Source: an uncultured Gammaproteobacteria bacterium
Lineage (GTDB): Bacteria > Pseudomonadota > Gammaproteobacteria > CAWCPV01
NCBI GenBank assembly: GCA_963797555.1
Contig: CAWCPV010000003.1
Span: forward strand, 160,001-224,000
Direction of reading: 5' to 3'
DNA length: 64,000 nt
The notes under the pieces are model-generated. The model had not been told where the DNA came from and searched no databases. It saw only the letters and a list, made by a program, of their open reading frames with translations. The translations under genes were made by a program, and so were the position numbers. Shown here piece by piece: positions 43,521-53,640 of this stretch (position 1 is its first letter; each line of letters opens with the position of its first letter).

Positions 43521-44274
43521 TCAGGGCGCGGCGACGACCGTGTAGGAAACGCCATTCGCGCCATACGAGGGCAGGAACCAGGTGTTGCCGCACAGGTCAT
43601 ACGTCTGGCCCCCGACGGTGGGCGTGGCGCATCCCGATGGGATGGTCGCATAAATCGCGCCCATGGCATATCCTGCTGCTACGCCCGCATTGTATGCCTG
43701 CGACATCGCGGCGGCGGTGTTGGATGCCGATGCTGCCGAGGCCGACTGCAGCGCCGACCACCGCGCCGGCGGCCGCGGCGCCCGCGACCTGCCAGCCACC
43801 GCAGTTGTAGCAGCCCGAGCCGTAGTAGTTGACGGTGGTCGGTGGATGATACACGTAGGCGCCAGACGCCGGCGGATGGTACGCCGTGGCGCCATAGGTA
43901 TCGGTGTGAGTGACGCCCGCACCGTACGCACCGGACGTGCTGCCGCCGTAGACGTTGGTATGCTCGGTGCCACCGCCATAGGCGTGCTCCGTGCTGCCCC
44001 CGTACATGTTGGTGTGTTCGCTGCCCTCGCCATAGGCGTGCTCGGAGCTGCCCCCGTAGGCGTTAGTGTGTTCGGTGCCTTCACCATAGGAGTGGGAGGT
44101 GCTGCCCCCCCAGGGGTTGCTGTGACTGGTCGATCCCCAGCTATGCGACGTGCTGCCGCCGAAATCACCCCCGCGCGAGAAGCCGCCGCCCCCGCCTCTC
44201 CACGCGGCGGCCGGATCGGCATGCAGTGCCGTGATCAACAGACCGGCGACACCAATGACAATAGTTTTCCTCAT
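43521..44274 (-). CDS. exported Gly/His/Tyr-rich repeat protein, frameshift near 43745
   Basis: AGGAGG RBS, signal peptide, about 4.5 copies of an 18-aa repeat EHTNxYGGSxEHAYGxGx, C-terminal IPSGC..YDLCGNTWFLPSYGANGVSYTVV in another frame. Confidence 0.75.
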
Positions 44275-44290
44275 GTGCAGCCCTCCTTTT

Positions 44291-45241
44291 TCACTTGATC
44301 GCGGACGCCTTCGACGGCCTTAGCGCGCCCGCTGCCGCCTTCTGCGGTGCGGCGAACGCAATCCGCCGCGCCGCCATTGCGACACTGGGTGCGGCGAAAA
44401 CGTCTGCGGCGATCGGCGAGTCCAGTTGCCAGTCGGAAAGGTCCTCGTCGTGCCGGAGCCGCAACGGATCCTTGCGGTACACCGCCCGCGCCCGGCGCGG
44501 CAACTTGTCCTCGGCCCCGATCCAGACCTGGATGAACACATCATCGTACACCAACCCTAACATGTCCGTCGTGGTCCCGCCGACGACGCGGGACTGGCCG
44601 ATATAGAAGGCGGCCAGGAGATTCCTGGTCAGCTCCTTGTACGGGTCGGCGACAACGAGATCGGTGAACGGATAGAAGATCTGCGCGGTGTCGTACGCCT
44701 TTTGCAGCATGGCGCCGATCGTGGGCGGGGCCTCCGCCACCGCCACCAGCTTCTCCGCCGGTGAAAATGCGACCATCGACTTCCCGTCGTAATAAAAGTC
44801 GCTCGCAGGGCCGTCGCCCGGCGAGAGCACACGCAGCTTGTCGGGCCGCTGCATCGCAACGTCGTCACGCGTGGTGTAGACCAGCGCCGGCCCGAAGCGG
44901 CTCGGACTCTCGTAGCTCACCACCGCCGTGAACCTCATGGTGTGCGCCGCGGCCAACCGGTCACACGCGGCCTTCAGGACCGCCATGGCCTTGGGCTCCA
45001 GCTCCAGCCGCGGCCCCGGCACCGCGGTTTCGGGTGCCGGTTTGGCGGGCTTCGAGACAGCCGGTGCCGCGGCCTCACTCGCCGACGCGGCGGGCTTCGG
45101 CGCTGGCTGTGCTTGCTGCGCGCTTGCGCTCGCTACCAGCGACATGCCCACCCCGAACACCAGTGCGCAACCGACGTTCCGGCCCAGTCTCGCTCGCGAT
45201 GAGCGGCGCGATCCGCATCCTCCTCGTCCGGCGGCGCTCAT
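44291..45241 (-). CDS. DUF2092 domain periplasmic protein
   Basis: LEPKAMAVLKAACDRL, QRPDKLRV, FYYDGK, QVWIGAEDKLPRR; ATGA overlap with the upstream gene. Confidence 0.8.
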   Translation of the reverse strand: MSAAGRGGCGSRRSSRARLGRNVGCALVFGVGMSLVASASAQQAQPAPKPAASASEAAAPAVSKPAKPAPETAVPGPRLELEPKAMAVLKAACDRLAAAHTMRFTAVVSYESPSRFGPALVYTTRDDVAMQRPDKLRVLSPGDGPASDFYYDGKSMVAFSPAEKLVAVAEAPPTIGAMLQKAYDTAQIFYPFTDLVVADPYKELTRNLLAAFYIGQSRVVGGTTTDMLGLVYDDVFIQVWIGAEDKLPRRARAVYRKDPLRLRHDEDLSDWQLDSPIAADVFAAPSVAMAARRIAFAAPQKAAAGALRPSKASAIK

Positions 45242-45528
45242 GGAATCATCCCGCACTCGAACATCTTGTTGGCGATCGGCGCCGCGACCTTGTTGATGAA
45301 CACGGTACGCATCTGCGGATCGCTGCGCAGGAACCCGACAACCCGCTGCTCCTCTGCGGACTTTGGCTTCCCCTTCCGCTGCCACAACTGCTCACAGCTA
45401 GACTGCTGGTACTTCTGGATGACCTTGTTGGCGACCCTGTCCAGTATTGGATACTGAGCACGGGCCACCCCGGCGAAAAGCAGGAGCGGCAGCAGGGCGC
45501 ATAGGAACAGGTAGGCACGTTTGGTCAC
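45238..45528 (-). CDS. small exported hypothetical protein
   Basis: AAGGAGG RBS, GTG start, signal peptide ending ARA, two Cys (SSCEQLW, MFECGMIP). Confidence 0.75.
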   Translation of the reverse strand: MTKRAYLFLCALLPLLLFAGVARAQYPILDRVANKVIQKYQQSSCEQLWQRKGKPKSAEEQRVVGFLRSDPQMRTVFINKVAAPIANKMFECGMIP

Positions 45529-45952
45529 GGCTCTTCCTCCTTGCCTCAAGGGGCGGTAGCTACGAAATCGACTTCGGCGGTCCCCGGCGACGAACCGTCG
45601 AGTTGCGAAGGGATAAGGCGTGGGAACATGCTCTCAGCGGCCCCCGCCGAGGAGCCGTCAGCCGTCGGCGCATGTAGCGAAGCCCGTCTCGTCAGAACTC
45701 CAACTCTAACTGACCTCACCGCTGCTTCCCACCCGGGCTGGCTGTCGCCAGCCGGTTCAAGCGCCCATGTCTTGAACGCACAGCAATTGCGTGCGCAGCC
45801 CGCGGAGAGCGAGCAAACGGTACGCCCATCGCTCGTATGTGTCAAGCGACAGGCGCCACGATCACCGTCCTGTCAAGCTGACGTTCAGCCTACCGTCTCT
45901 TCCGCACAGAACGTGATAGAGCTTAGAATTTGTTAAGCCGACTAAAAATGCG

Positions 45953-46287
45953 ATGAACTTTGTCCTAAAGGAAAGTGAGATCCAGATCTGGCCATCCGTT
46001 CACTCAAAGCTGCCGGCGCCACGGTATGGATCTTTGATTCATGAGCACGAGGTGCACACAGGCCCCCCTTACGATATTGACAATGGACGCCGGGAATACC
46101 TGCCTTCTGTCTGTCTTTCTTTCTGCTTAAACATTAAGTCGGATCTTGCAGATCAAGACCGCCTTATGTCGTCGATCTCGTCGCTGAATCGGAATTGGCC
46201 GAAAGCCATCGAAATGGAATTCTCAAGGAACGGGTGTTGCTCGTGGGGACTTGCCCAAACAATGGTCTTCTCGGCGCCGGGCTTTAA
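45953..46287 (+). pseudogene. lower-GC hypothetical ORF interrupted by a MITE
   Basis: ATG-started ORF in an AT-richer segment runs into the TTAA insertion site; no family recognised. Confidence 0.35.
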
Positions 46288-46428
46288 CAGGGTGTTGAAA
46301 AAGTCCGGCCGCAGGCTGCTTTTCGTGTCCGGTGGCCGAGCGCGGCCACATAAGTCGTTGATTCTTCAATCTTGAGTCACCATTGACTCGCCCCGATTCA
46401 ATGTCCGCAGGAGTTTTTCAACAGCCTG
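46288..46428. mobile_element. 141-bp MITE with TTAA target duplication
   Basis: TTAA-CAGGGTGTTGAAAAAGTCC ... GGAGTTTTTCAACAGCCTG-TTAA; 17/19 inverted repeat; no ORF. Confidence 0.85.
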
Positions 46429-46924
46429 TTAAATCGGAGAATCGCGACTCTTCCGCCCCCAGATACCGGTCAAGGTCCTCTGGCAGTTACACCTTGTGGA
46501 TCGAGCTCTGAGCATGTGGCCGCGGGCCGACAAAGAATCCAAACCAAGTTTGCCGTTATCTACCTCCATGGCTTCTCGGCGACCCGCCAAGATACGGCAC
46601 CCCGCAACTGGCAGCCGCTGGGCGAGGTCTGGCTCAACCGGCTCAACCAGGCTCAACCCCCAAGCGGACCGTCCCCAGGTGGACCGTCCACTGACCAAAG
46701 CAGCGTAACTCAACACGACAACTATCTTGACAGCTACCGACCGCCAGCCATGATGGGACTGCGGCCTCGCCCATCATCGCCCGCTGCTCCAGGGCCAATC
46801 GTCCGGCGTCCCCACCATCCCGGCACGCACCGGGGCACGGTGACCGCCTGGAAAACCGGTCTGGACAGCCGGGGCACTGTCGGGTTGAAATGGCCCGTGG
46901 CGAAGGACCGAGAGGAGGCACGAC

Positions 46925-47605
46925 TTGGCACGCAAATGTTCCGCCTGCGGCTACCGGCGTCGCCCCAAGGACGACGCCCTCTTTCCAGACTGGCAGTGTC
47001 CCCAATGCAAACGGGCGTACTCGAAGGTGGAACTGCGCGACCTACGCGAGCGATTCGCTCGGGAAGACGAACTCCCTTCTTCGCCGGGTACGAGCCGCTC
47101 TCGCGATCGGTTCGTGACTGCCCAAGGCGGTGGGGCGGTGCGCGAGGCCGAGGGACCGGGAATCTTGTTGCTGCTGATACCGGTGTCGGCTGCAAGCCTC
47201 CCGTGGTACTGGATGCTCAGTGCCACCCTGATCGAAGGGGCCGCCTGGAAGTTGGCCAGCCTGACGGCGGTCATGATCCTCGCCACATCCGTTGTGACCG
47301 CCTTCGACGCAACGCGGCTGACGATCGGCTCCAAGCACGACGTGACCGCCGACGGCCGCAAGCGGCCCGGCCCGGTTTTCTGGTCCCTGGTCGTTCTGTT
47401 GTTCTGGGCCGTGGCCTACCCGACGTACCTTTACTGGCGCAGCCGCTACGGCGCCCGAAATCTGGCGGCGGTGGGCGTCGCCATCGTTCTAGGGTTCTCG
47501 GCGACGGTCGCGATCCTGGGGAAGGAGATCCGGCAGGCTTCGGAGTCAGGCGGCCTGCGCTCCGAGGGCCCGTGGTCGCTCTGCTGTCCCCTGCGCGCCT
47601 CCTGA
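46925..47605 (+). CDS. hypothetical membrane protein with N-terminal zinc ribbon
   Basis: GGAGG RBS, CSACGY...WQCPQCK, three to four TM helices; 3' end uncertain. Confidence 0.6.
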   Translation: MARKCSACGYRRRPKDDALFPDWQCPQCKRAYSKVELRDLRERFAREDELPSSPGTSRSRDRFVTAQGGGAVREAEGPGILLLLIPVSAASLPWYWMLSATLIEGAAWKLASLTAVMILATSVVTAFDATRLTIGSKHDVTADGRKRPGPVFWSLVVLLFWAVAYPTYLYWRSRYGARNLAAVGVAIVLGFSATVAILGKEIRQASESGGLRSEGPWSLCCPLRAS

Positions 47606-47661
47606 ATGGAAGCGCAAGCCCGCAGGCGGAAGGCGATAGCGGTTCCGCCGAACGAGTCATC

Positions 47662-47693
47662 CGGCGGATCGCCCTCACGGGCATCCGCCCTAC
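47662..47693 (-). repeat. GTAG-type REP
   Basis: Minus strand GTAGGGCGGATGCCCGTGAGGGCGATCCGCCG. Confidence 0.6.
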
Positions 47694-48357
47694 ACGCGCT
47701 AACAGTGTGAGTAGACGGACGTTTGCCGTGTCTTAAACATGGACTTTGTCCGATATTCCCAGCTCTCGCGTTCGCCCGGCGCCTCTCGAGCATGCCGTGC
47801 GGAACGCGGTCCGCGTACGCCACTAGAGCATTAGAATGGAAGCCTTGGCCGACAAGCTCGGATAGGCCGAGATGTCCACCTTTGGTAACGCCTGAGCAGG
47901 AGGCGCGCCTCAGCGCCGTCAAAGAACTGCTCCAGGCTTCCTCGCTGAGGGATGCCGTACCCCGCATGAGTAGTGTGATGCTGATCGTCGGGCGGGAGCT
48001 TGCCAGCGGCAAGCATCTTTACCTCGGCGAGCGCCCCCGAGACGGCGGAACGCTTGGTGTGGTGCCCGATCTCGAAGCGGTCGGGGCGGTGGCGCTGGCT
48101 GGTCGCCCGCCCGCACCCTTGGCGCCGGCAGCTCTGGGTAAAGGGGCGCAAGCTCCTGGCCGCACAAGTCTCGTCGGACATGCGTGGTCGGACATGCGTG
48201 CCAACCAACTGACGAGGGAGCAGGTCTCCCTCCACCGAACGCCCGCCCTCCGGTGGGGATAGGAACCGATTGTAACGGGATGATCCCGCGTGATCGAACT
48301 CGACCGCGGCGCGCTCGGCTCTCCACCGAGCGCTCGGGTGTCACGGAATCACCCGGC

Positions 48358-50199
48358 TCAGTCGATGATGTGGTGCTGGGGAAGCTTCTCCATGTGCCAC
48401 TCGCCCGTCTTCGGATCGTACGTGGACCCGGTGAAGCAGTGCCATTGGTCGTCGTCGAGCTTCGGATGGTCAGCACGATAGTAGTAGCCCGGCCAGCGGG
48501 TCTCCTCGCGGTACAGGGTATGCCGGGTCACCGACTCCGAGGTCCAGACGCGGTGGTTGAGCTCCCAGGCGCGCTGGAGCTGGTGCAGGTCCTCGGCACC
48601 GATACGGTTGAGATCCTCCTTCAGCATCTCCAGCAGTTCCAGGCCGCGGTTCAGCATCTTTTCGTTGGTCACGTAGAAGGTGCTGATGCCGCCCGCGTAC
48701 TCATCCATGATCTTCTCGAGCCGCTGCAGGCCCAGGTACGGGGAGATGTAACCGGGGGCCACGGTGCCGGCGACGATCTCATTGCGGCCCACGGCGTAGT
48801 TGTTTAGGGGTTTGAAGACCTCCTCCTTGAGGCGCTCGATCTCGTTCTGGTCCAGCTCGGGCATGGCGCCGCGCGTATCCTGGACGTACTCGATGGCCGC
48901 CTTGCCGGCCAGACGACCCTCCGTATAGGAACCTGAAGAGAACTTGTGGGCCGTGCCGCCGATGGTGTCACCGGCGCCGAACAGCCCCTTGATGTTCATC
49001 ATCCGGTTGTAACCCCAGAAGTAATCGTCCGGGGAGATGTCCCTCGGGCCGCTCGCCCACGCGCCGGAGCACGTGGCGTGGGAGCCCATGACGTAGGGCT
49101 CGGAGGTGATCAGCTCGGACGGCTTCTCCCTGGGGTCGATGTTCTGCGACGCCCACACGACCGCCTGGCCGATGGTCATGTCGAGGAAGTCCTCCCAGCC
49201 AATCTCCTCCTTCTCCTTGGTGTCGAGCACGTGCTCCGTTCTCATGTAGATGGGTCCGCGACCGGCCTTGATCTCCTGCAGCATGGCGTGGTTGCGCAGG
49301 CAGGTCGGGAACGGCTGGCTCTCCGCATACTTGCCGACCATGCCCTTGATCTCGTCGAACCACCTTGCCTCGTATTTCTCTCCGTAGGCGTTCTCGGTAT
49401 GCGACTTGAGGAGCAGGAACCAGGCGCCGACCGGCCCGTAGCCGTCCTTGAAGCGGGCCAGCACGATCTTGTTCTCCATCTGCGTCATCTTGACGCCAAT
49501 GGGTATGAGCAACCCGTAGGCCGAGGCGCTGCTCCACGGGGCGTACCAGGTTCTTCCGAGGCCTTCGGCGACCGACCGTGCCCGATAGATGTGCGAGGCA
49601 CCGCCCGCGGCCACGATGACCGTCTTCCCGCGGAAGACGTAGAACTTCCCGTCCCGGACCCCGAAGCCGACCGCGCCGGCGATGCGCCCGGGATCGTGCT
49701 TGTCCTTGACCAAATGGGTCACCATGATCCGGTTGTATACCTCGGTGGCGGCCTTCCGGGCCGCCTCGGCGATGATCGGCTTGTAGCTCTCACCGTGGAT
49801 CATGATCTGCCACTTGCCTTCCCGGAGGTACCTGCCGGTCTCCTCATTCTTCATGATCGGCAGGCCCCACTCCTCGAACTTGTGCACGGTGGAGTCCACG
49901 TGCCGGGCGATGTCGTAGCCCAGATCCTCCCGTGTTAGCCCCAGCAGGTCGCCGCGGGCATAGCGGACGTGATCCTCGGGCCGGTTCTCGTTCCAGCGCA
50001 TGCCCATGTAGCAGTTGATCGCCGACAGGCCATGAGCAACCGCGCCGCTGCGTTCGATATTGGCCTTCTCGACGAGGACGATCTTGGCGTTGCGCCCCCA
50101 GTAGCGGGATTCGTAGGCCGCGCCGCAGCCGCCGAAACCGCCGCCCAGGATGAGGACGTCCGAGTCCACGAAAACGGTTTTTCTTGGATATCTGGCCAT
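48358..50199 (-). CDS. aprA: adenylylsulfate (APS) reductase alpha subunit
   Basis: LGGGFGGCGAAYE, ERSGAVAHGLSAIN, GKWQIMIHGESYKPI, RFKDGYGPVGAWFL, HKFSSGSYTEGR, REETRWPGYYYR. Confidence 0.97.
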   Translation of the reverse strand: MARYPRKTVFVDSDVLILGGGFGGCGAAYESRYWGRNAKIVLVEKANIERSGAVAHGLSAINCYMGMRWNENRPEDHVRYARGDLLGLTREDLGYDIARHVDSTVHKFEEWGLPIMKNEETGRYLREGKWQIMIHGESYKPIIAEAARKAATEVYNRIMVTHLVKDKHDPGRIAGAVGFGVRDGKFYVFRGKTVIVAAGGASHIYRARSVAEGLGRTWYAPWSSASAYGLLIPIGVKMTQMENKIVLARFKDGYGPVGAWFLLLKSHTENAYGEKYEARWFDEIKGMVGKYAESQPFPTCLRNHAMLQEIKAGRGPIYMRTEHVLDTKEKEEIGWEDFLDMTIGQAVVWASQNIDPREKPSELITSEPYVMGSHATCSGAWASGPRDISPDDYFWGYNRMMNIKGLFGAGDTIGGTAHKFSSGSYTEGRLAGKAAIEYVQDTRGAMPELDQNEIERLKEEVFKPLNNYAVGRNEIVAGTVAPGYISPYLGLQRLEKIMDEYAGGISTFYVTNEKMLNRGLELLEMLKEDLNRIGAEDLHQLQRAWELNHRVWTSESVTRHTLYREETRWPGYYYRADHPKLDDDQWHCFTGSTYDPKTGEWHMEKLPQHHIID

Positions 50200-50202
50200 C
50201 GG

Positions 50203-50655
50203 TCAACCTCGTTTCTGCACGTCTTCCAGGGTCGGGAGCGAGCCGATCTTGAGCTCCTCCGGCTCGTGCGCGAGCATGGGCGACTTCAGCGCGTCGCCGC
50301 TCGGCGCCTCGTACGCCTGGGGCGGCCTGATCGAGCCCCATGGCGTGGTGCGGATGGGAAACGCGAAGTCCTTCTCGCGACCGTCCCGATACACGATGTG
50401 CCAGTAGACCATCCCGCCTTCTTCGTCGCGGTGAACCCGGACCTTGTGGCCCAGCGGGGCAAAGTCGGCGTAGCCGCGTACGTCAATGGCGTGCTGCGGG
50501 CACGACTTCACACAGGAGTAGCACTCCCAGCAGAAGTTGGGCTCGATGTTGTATGCCCGCCGGTAGTGACGGTCGATATGCATGATGTCGGAGGGACAAA
50601 TGTCCACGCACTGTCCGCAGCCGTCGCACTTGGTCATGTCGACAAACGTGGGCAT
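50203..50655 (-). CDS. aprB: adenylylsulfate reductase beta subunit
   Basis: MPTFV..CDGCGQCVDICPSDIM, NIEPNFCWECYSCVKSCPQHAI, FPIRTTPWGSI. Confidence 0.97.
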   Translation of the reverse strand: MPTFVDMTKCDGCGQCVDICPSDIMHIDRHYRRAYNIEPNFCWECYSCVKSCPQHAIDVRGYADFAPLGHKVRVHRDEEGGMVYWHIVYRDGREKDFAFPIRTTPWGSIRPPQAYEAPSGDALKSPMLAHEPEELKIGSLPTLEDVQKRG

Positions 50656-50660
50656 CCCGA

Positions 50661-51449
50661 TCACCTCCTGACGCTATACGTGCGAGTGGGTGACGCCACC
50701 TGTTTCTGGCCGCGCGCTTCCCGCGGCAGGTTGTTCGTCTCGGTGGCCTCTTCGACCCGTTTCTGGTAGGCCGCCGTGGGCTTGTAGAACATATGGGCGA
50801 ATTTCGACCAGGGTACGGTCACGAAGAGCACCGTGGTGAAGAAGAGGTAGATGCCGAAGAATATCTGGGTCGCGGCGAGGTTGCCGCCCGCCTGCACGAT
50901 CTCCCAGATGAGAGCGGACAGCGCGCTCAGGAGGAGGCTGCCGACGAACAGATCCGCCGGGATGATCCGGTAGGGAGGATCTTGCTCATAAGCGACGTTC
51001 ACCCGGAGGAAGAAGAAGAACCAGCCGCCGCCGATGAGGATCATGACGGCCCCGAGGTTCCACAGGAACCGCCAGATGCCCGGCGTCGGCGCGGCCGGCG
51101 TCGGATAGCCGTACACCATCACCAGGGTCGAGAGGATGTAGGACAGAAACCCGTAGAACAGCAGGAGGTGGGAGATCCTTCGCTGCACGTTGCAGAACTC
51201 GCCGGAGGTCAGCACCTCCTTGCCGAGCGTCTTGAGCATCAGCGAGAACTTCTCCCCGCCGCTGAGCCGGCGCTTGGCTCGGGCCTCCGCATCCTTGCGG
51301 CGCAGCATGAAGTACTCGAAGCTGCGCTTGTGGAACATGTCGAAGACCGTCCCGATGGCGACCGCGAGGATCATCAGAACGATGTAGACCTGCATGAACG
51401 CCGGCGACAGAAACTCCGTGAGGTCGGCGAAGGGATTGCCTGTAGACAT
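50661..51449 (-). CDS. aprM: APS reductase membrane anchor AprM
   Basis: NPFADL..MQVYIVLM, TSGEFCNVQRRISHLL, VPWSKFAHMFYKP; about five TMs; immediately upstream of aprB. Confidence 0.88.
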   Translation of the reverse strand: MSTGNPFADLTEFLSPAFMQVYIVLMILAVAIGTVFDMFHKRSFEYFMLRRKDAEARAKRRLSGGEKFSLMLKTLGKEVLTSGEFCNVQRRISHLLLFYGFLSYILSTLVMVYGYPTPAAPTPGIWRFLWNLGAVMILIGGGWFFFFLRVNVAYEQDPPYRIIPADLFVGSLLLSALSALIWEIVQAGGNLAATQIFFGIYLFFTTVLFVTVPWSKFAHMFYKPTAAYQKRVEEATETNNLPREARGQKQVASPTRTYSVRR

Positions 51450-51666
51450 TAGCTTACCCCTATATTTGAGAATTCTTATATGGAACGTGGGCAACGACGG
51501 TGTGACGATCTGGGGTACCGGCGACCGGTGCAAAAATGCGCATGAGACACATCGACCTTGGAAGTTGCTTGCCAAGCATAAAGCGAAACATAGAAAATTC
51601 AACCCTATTTGGGGTAGGGGAAGCCTAGTCCTGTGGCGGGCAGCGGTCAAGGTTCAGGGGAGGTTC

Positions 51667-53127
51667 TGTAGCGCCAAAGTCGTAATGTCCCCTTTGACCA
51701 AAGTAGAAATGTCCCCTTTTGGTACTCGAAGGGGGACGTATGGAAGAAGGGGTGATCACGATGAGCCGGCGAGAGTTGGAGCGGTTGGAGGTGATGCAGC
51801 GGGTGGCGGGCAGGCGGATCAAACAGGGCGATGCGGCCCGCATGCTGGGGCTATCGGTTCGGCAGGTGAAGCGCCTAGTGTGTGCGTACCGGCAGGAGGG
51901 GGCAGCGGGCTTGGTGAGCAAGCGCCGGGGTCGCCGGTCCCATCAGCGCATCCCGGAGGCGGAGAAGGCGCGTTGTCTTGCCATCGTCCAGTCTCAGTAC
52001 CCCGACTTCGGCCCAACGCTTGGGGCTGAGTATCTGGCCCAGGCGCACGGGTTTCCCTACTCGGTGGAGACCCTGCGCGGCTGGATGTCTGAGGCCGGGC
52101 TGTGGCAACGAGGCCAAGCCAAGGCGAGCCGTCCCCATCCCCCGCGTGAGCGACGCCCCCGGCTGGGGGAGCTGATCCCGATCGAGGGCAGCCCGCACGA
52201 CTGGTTCGAGGGCCGGGGGCCGCGCGTGAGCCTCATCGGCTTCATCGACGATGCCACCAGCCGGGTAATGGCCGCCCGTTTCGTGCCAGTGGAGTCGAGC
52301 CGGGCTTACCTCAGTGTGCTCGCGGCGTATGTGCGCCGTCATGGGTGCCCGGTGGCCTTCTATAGCGCGCCGCCACTCCATCTTCACCAAACACGACCCG
52401 CAAGACCCCGAGCCCACCCAGTTCGAGCGCGCGCTGGGGAGCCTCGACATCGCCTCCATCCAGGCCCTCTCCCCGCAGGCCAAGGGGCGGGTGGAGCGGC
52501 TGTTCCAGACCCTTCAGGACCGCTTGGTCAAAGCCTTACGGATGGCACACATCCAAGACATCGACGCCGCCAACGTCTTGCTCGACACTTACCTCGAGCG
52601 GCACAACGCGCGCTTCGCCGTCGCGCCCGCACCCCCGCAGGATACCCACCGGCCCTGGAGCGGCTCGGTCGCCGAGCTCTCCCACCTCTGCTCGCTGCAG
52701 CACGCGCGCACCCTCTCCAAGAACCTGGTGGTCAGCTTCAGGGGTCAGCGTTACATCCTCCAGACCCCGGCCCACGCCCCGCGCTATGGCCTGCGGGGAC
52801 GGCGCATCACCGTATGCGAGCACCCCGACGGCACCATCGAACTGCTCAACGGCACCGAGGTCCTGCCGTACAGAGTCTTCGATGAGCGCCGCGACGGGCC
52901 CGCCGACCGCAGCGTCGATGACAAGACGCTCAACCAACGGGTCGACCAAGCCATCGCCCGCCTCGCCCCGAAAACGCCCCGGAAGCCCCCGGCAGATCAC
53001 CCTTGGCGGCGACCCTTGCACTCCCATCCCAGACCAACCGCCACCAGCAAGAACTGCCCCTAACTCTCGCCTCAAGGGGACATCTCTACTTTGCAGAAAA
53101 AGGGGACATTTCTACTTTGGGTTGACA
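51667..53127 (+). mobile_element. ISNCY / IS1202-like insertion sequence (1461 bp)
   Basis: TGT...ACA ends with two subterminal CAAAGTAGAAATGTCCCCTT-like motifs at each end in inverted orientation. Confidence 0.88.
51740..53063 (+). pseudogene. ISNCY/IS1202-type DDE transposase, frameshift near 52370
   Basis: LSVRQVKRL, YPDFGPTL, IEGSPHDWFEGRG, IDDATSR, SPQAKGRVERLFQTLQDRL, KPPADHPWR. Confidence 0.88.
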
Positions 53128-53640
53128 GGCGCCCCGGAAGGAGGGGGAGTAGGTCGGACTGATTCTTCCCCTCAGAGATGCGATTTTTCACTCATGGCCC
53201 TGCGATTTCAATAAACTACGGCTACATCCTGCGGCGTTGGCGTAGCCATGTCCTGAATCCGCAACCTCGCCCACGAAATGGTCGTAACACACTAACGGTC
53301 TGGAGTGAGCGTGGGGGAGATCTTCGCCCGACCGGTGTGCCCTCACGCTCGGCATACAGCTTCGGGGTGCTTGGCAACGCCGCGCTGCGCGCCCCCCGAG
53401 AGCAGAACCCGGCCCCGACCTCACCACCGGCGAACACCCTCGTGTCCTTTCCACATCCCTGACTACCCGCCTTTGCGACGGCGTAGGCTTCCTATTCGCA
53501 AAGGCCTTCCACGGGTTCAAGCCCGCCGAACCCCTTGCCCCGATCGCATGGAGTTCAACGAAGAGGGGATCCTCGGGACCCTCGCGTATGGACGGAAACG
53601 GTCGCCCGGCCAGTCGCGGAGCGGGACGGAATCGGAGAAC

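Noticed and set aside
43930-44150. Regular 54-bp repeats as a possible CRISPR array
   Set aside because: Units vary mainly at codon level, have no unique spacers, encode an in-frame peptide repeat, and no cas genes are present.
45890-45940. GTTAAGC before the low-GC ORF as an integron attC end
   Set aside because: No matching RYYYAAC box or convincing palindrome upstream.
46516-46640. AVIYLHGFSATRQDTAP alpha/beta-hydrolase-like stretch at the start of a 406-aa ORF
   Set aside because: Only a short fragment is protein-like; the rest of the ORF is low-information and overlaps a better gene.
47723-48262. 179-aa ORF downstream of aprA
   Set aside because: No recognisable motifs or RBS; cannot be supported.
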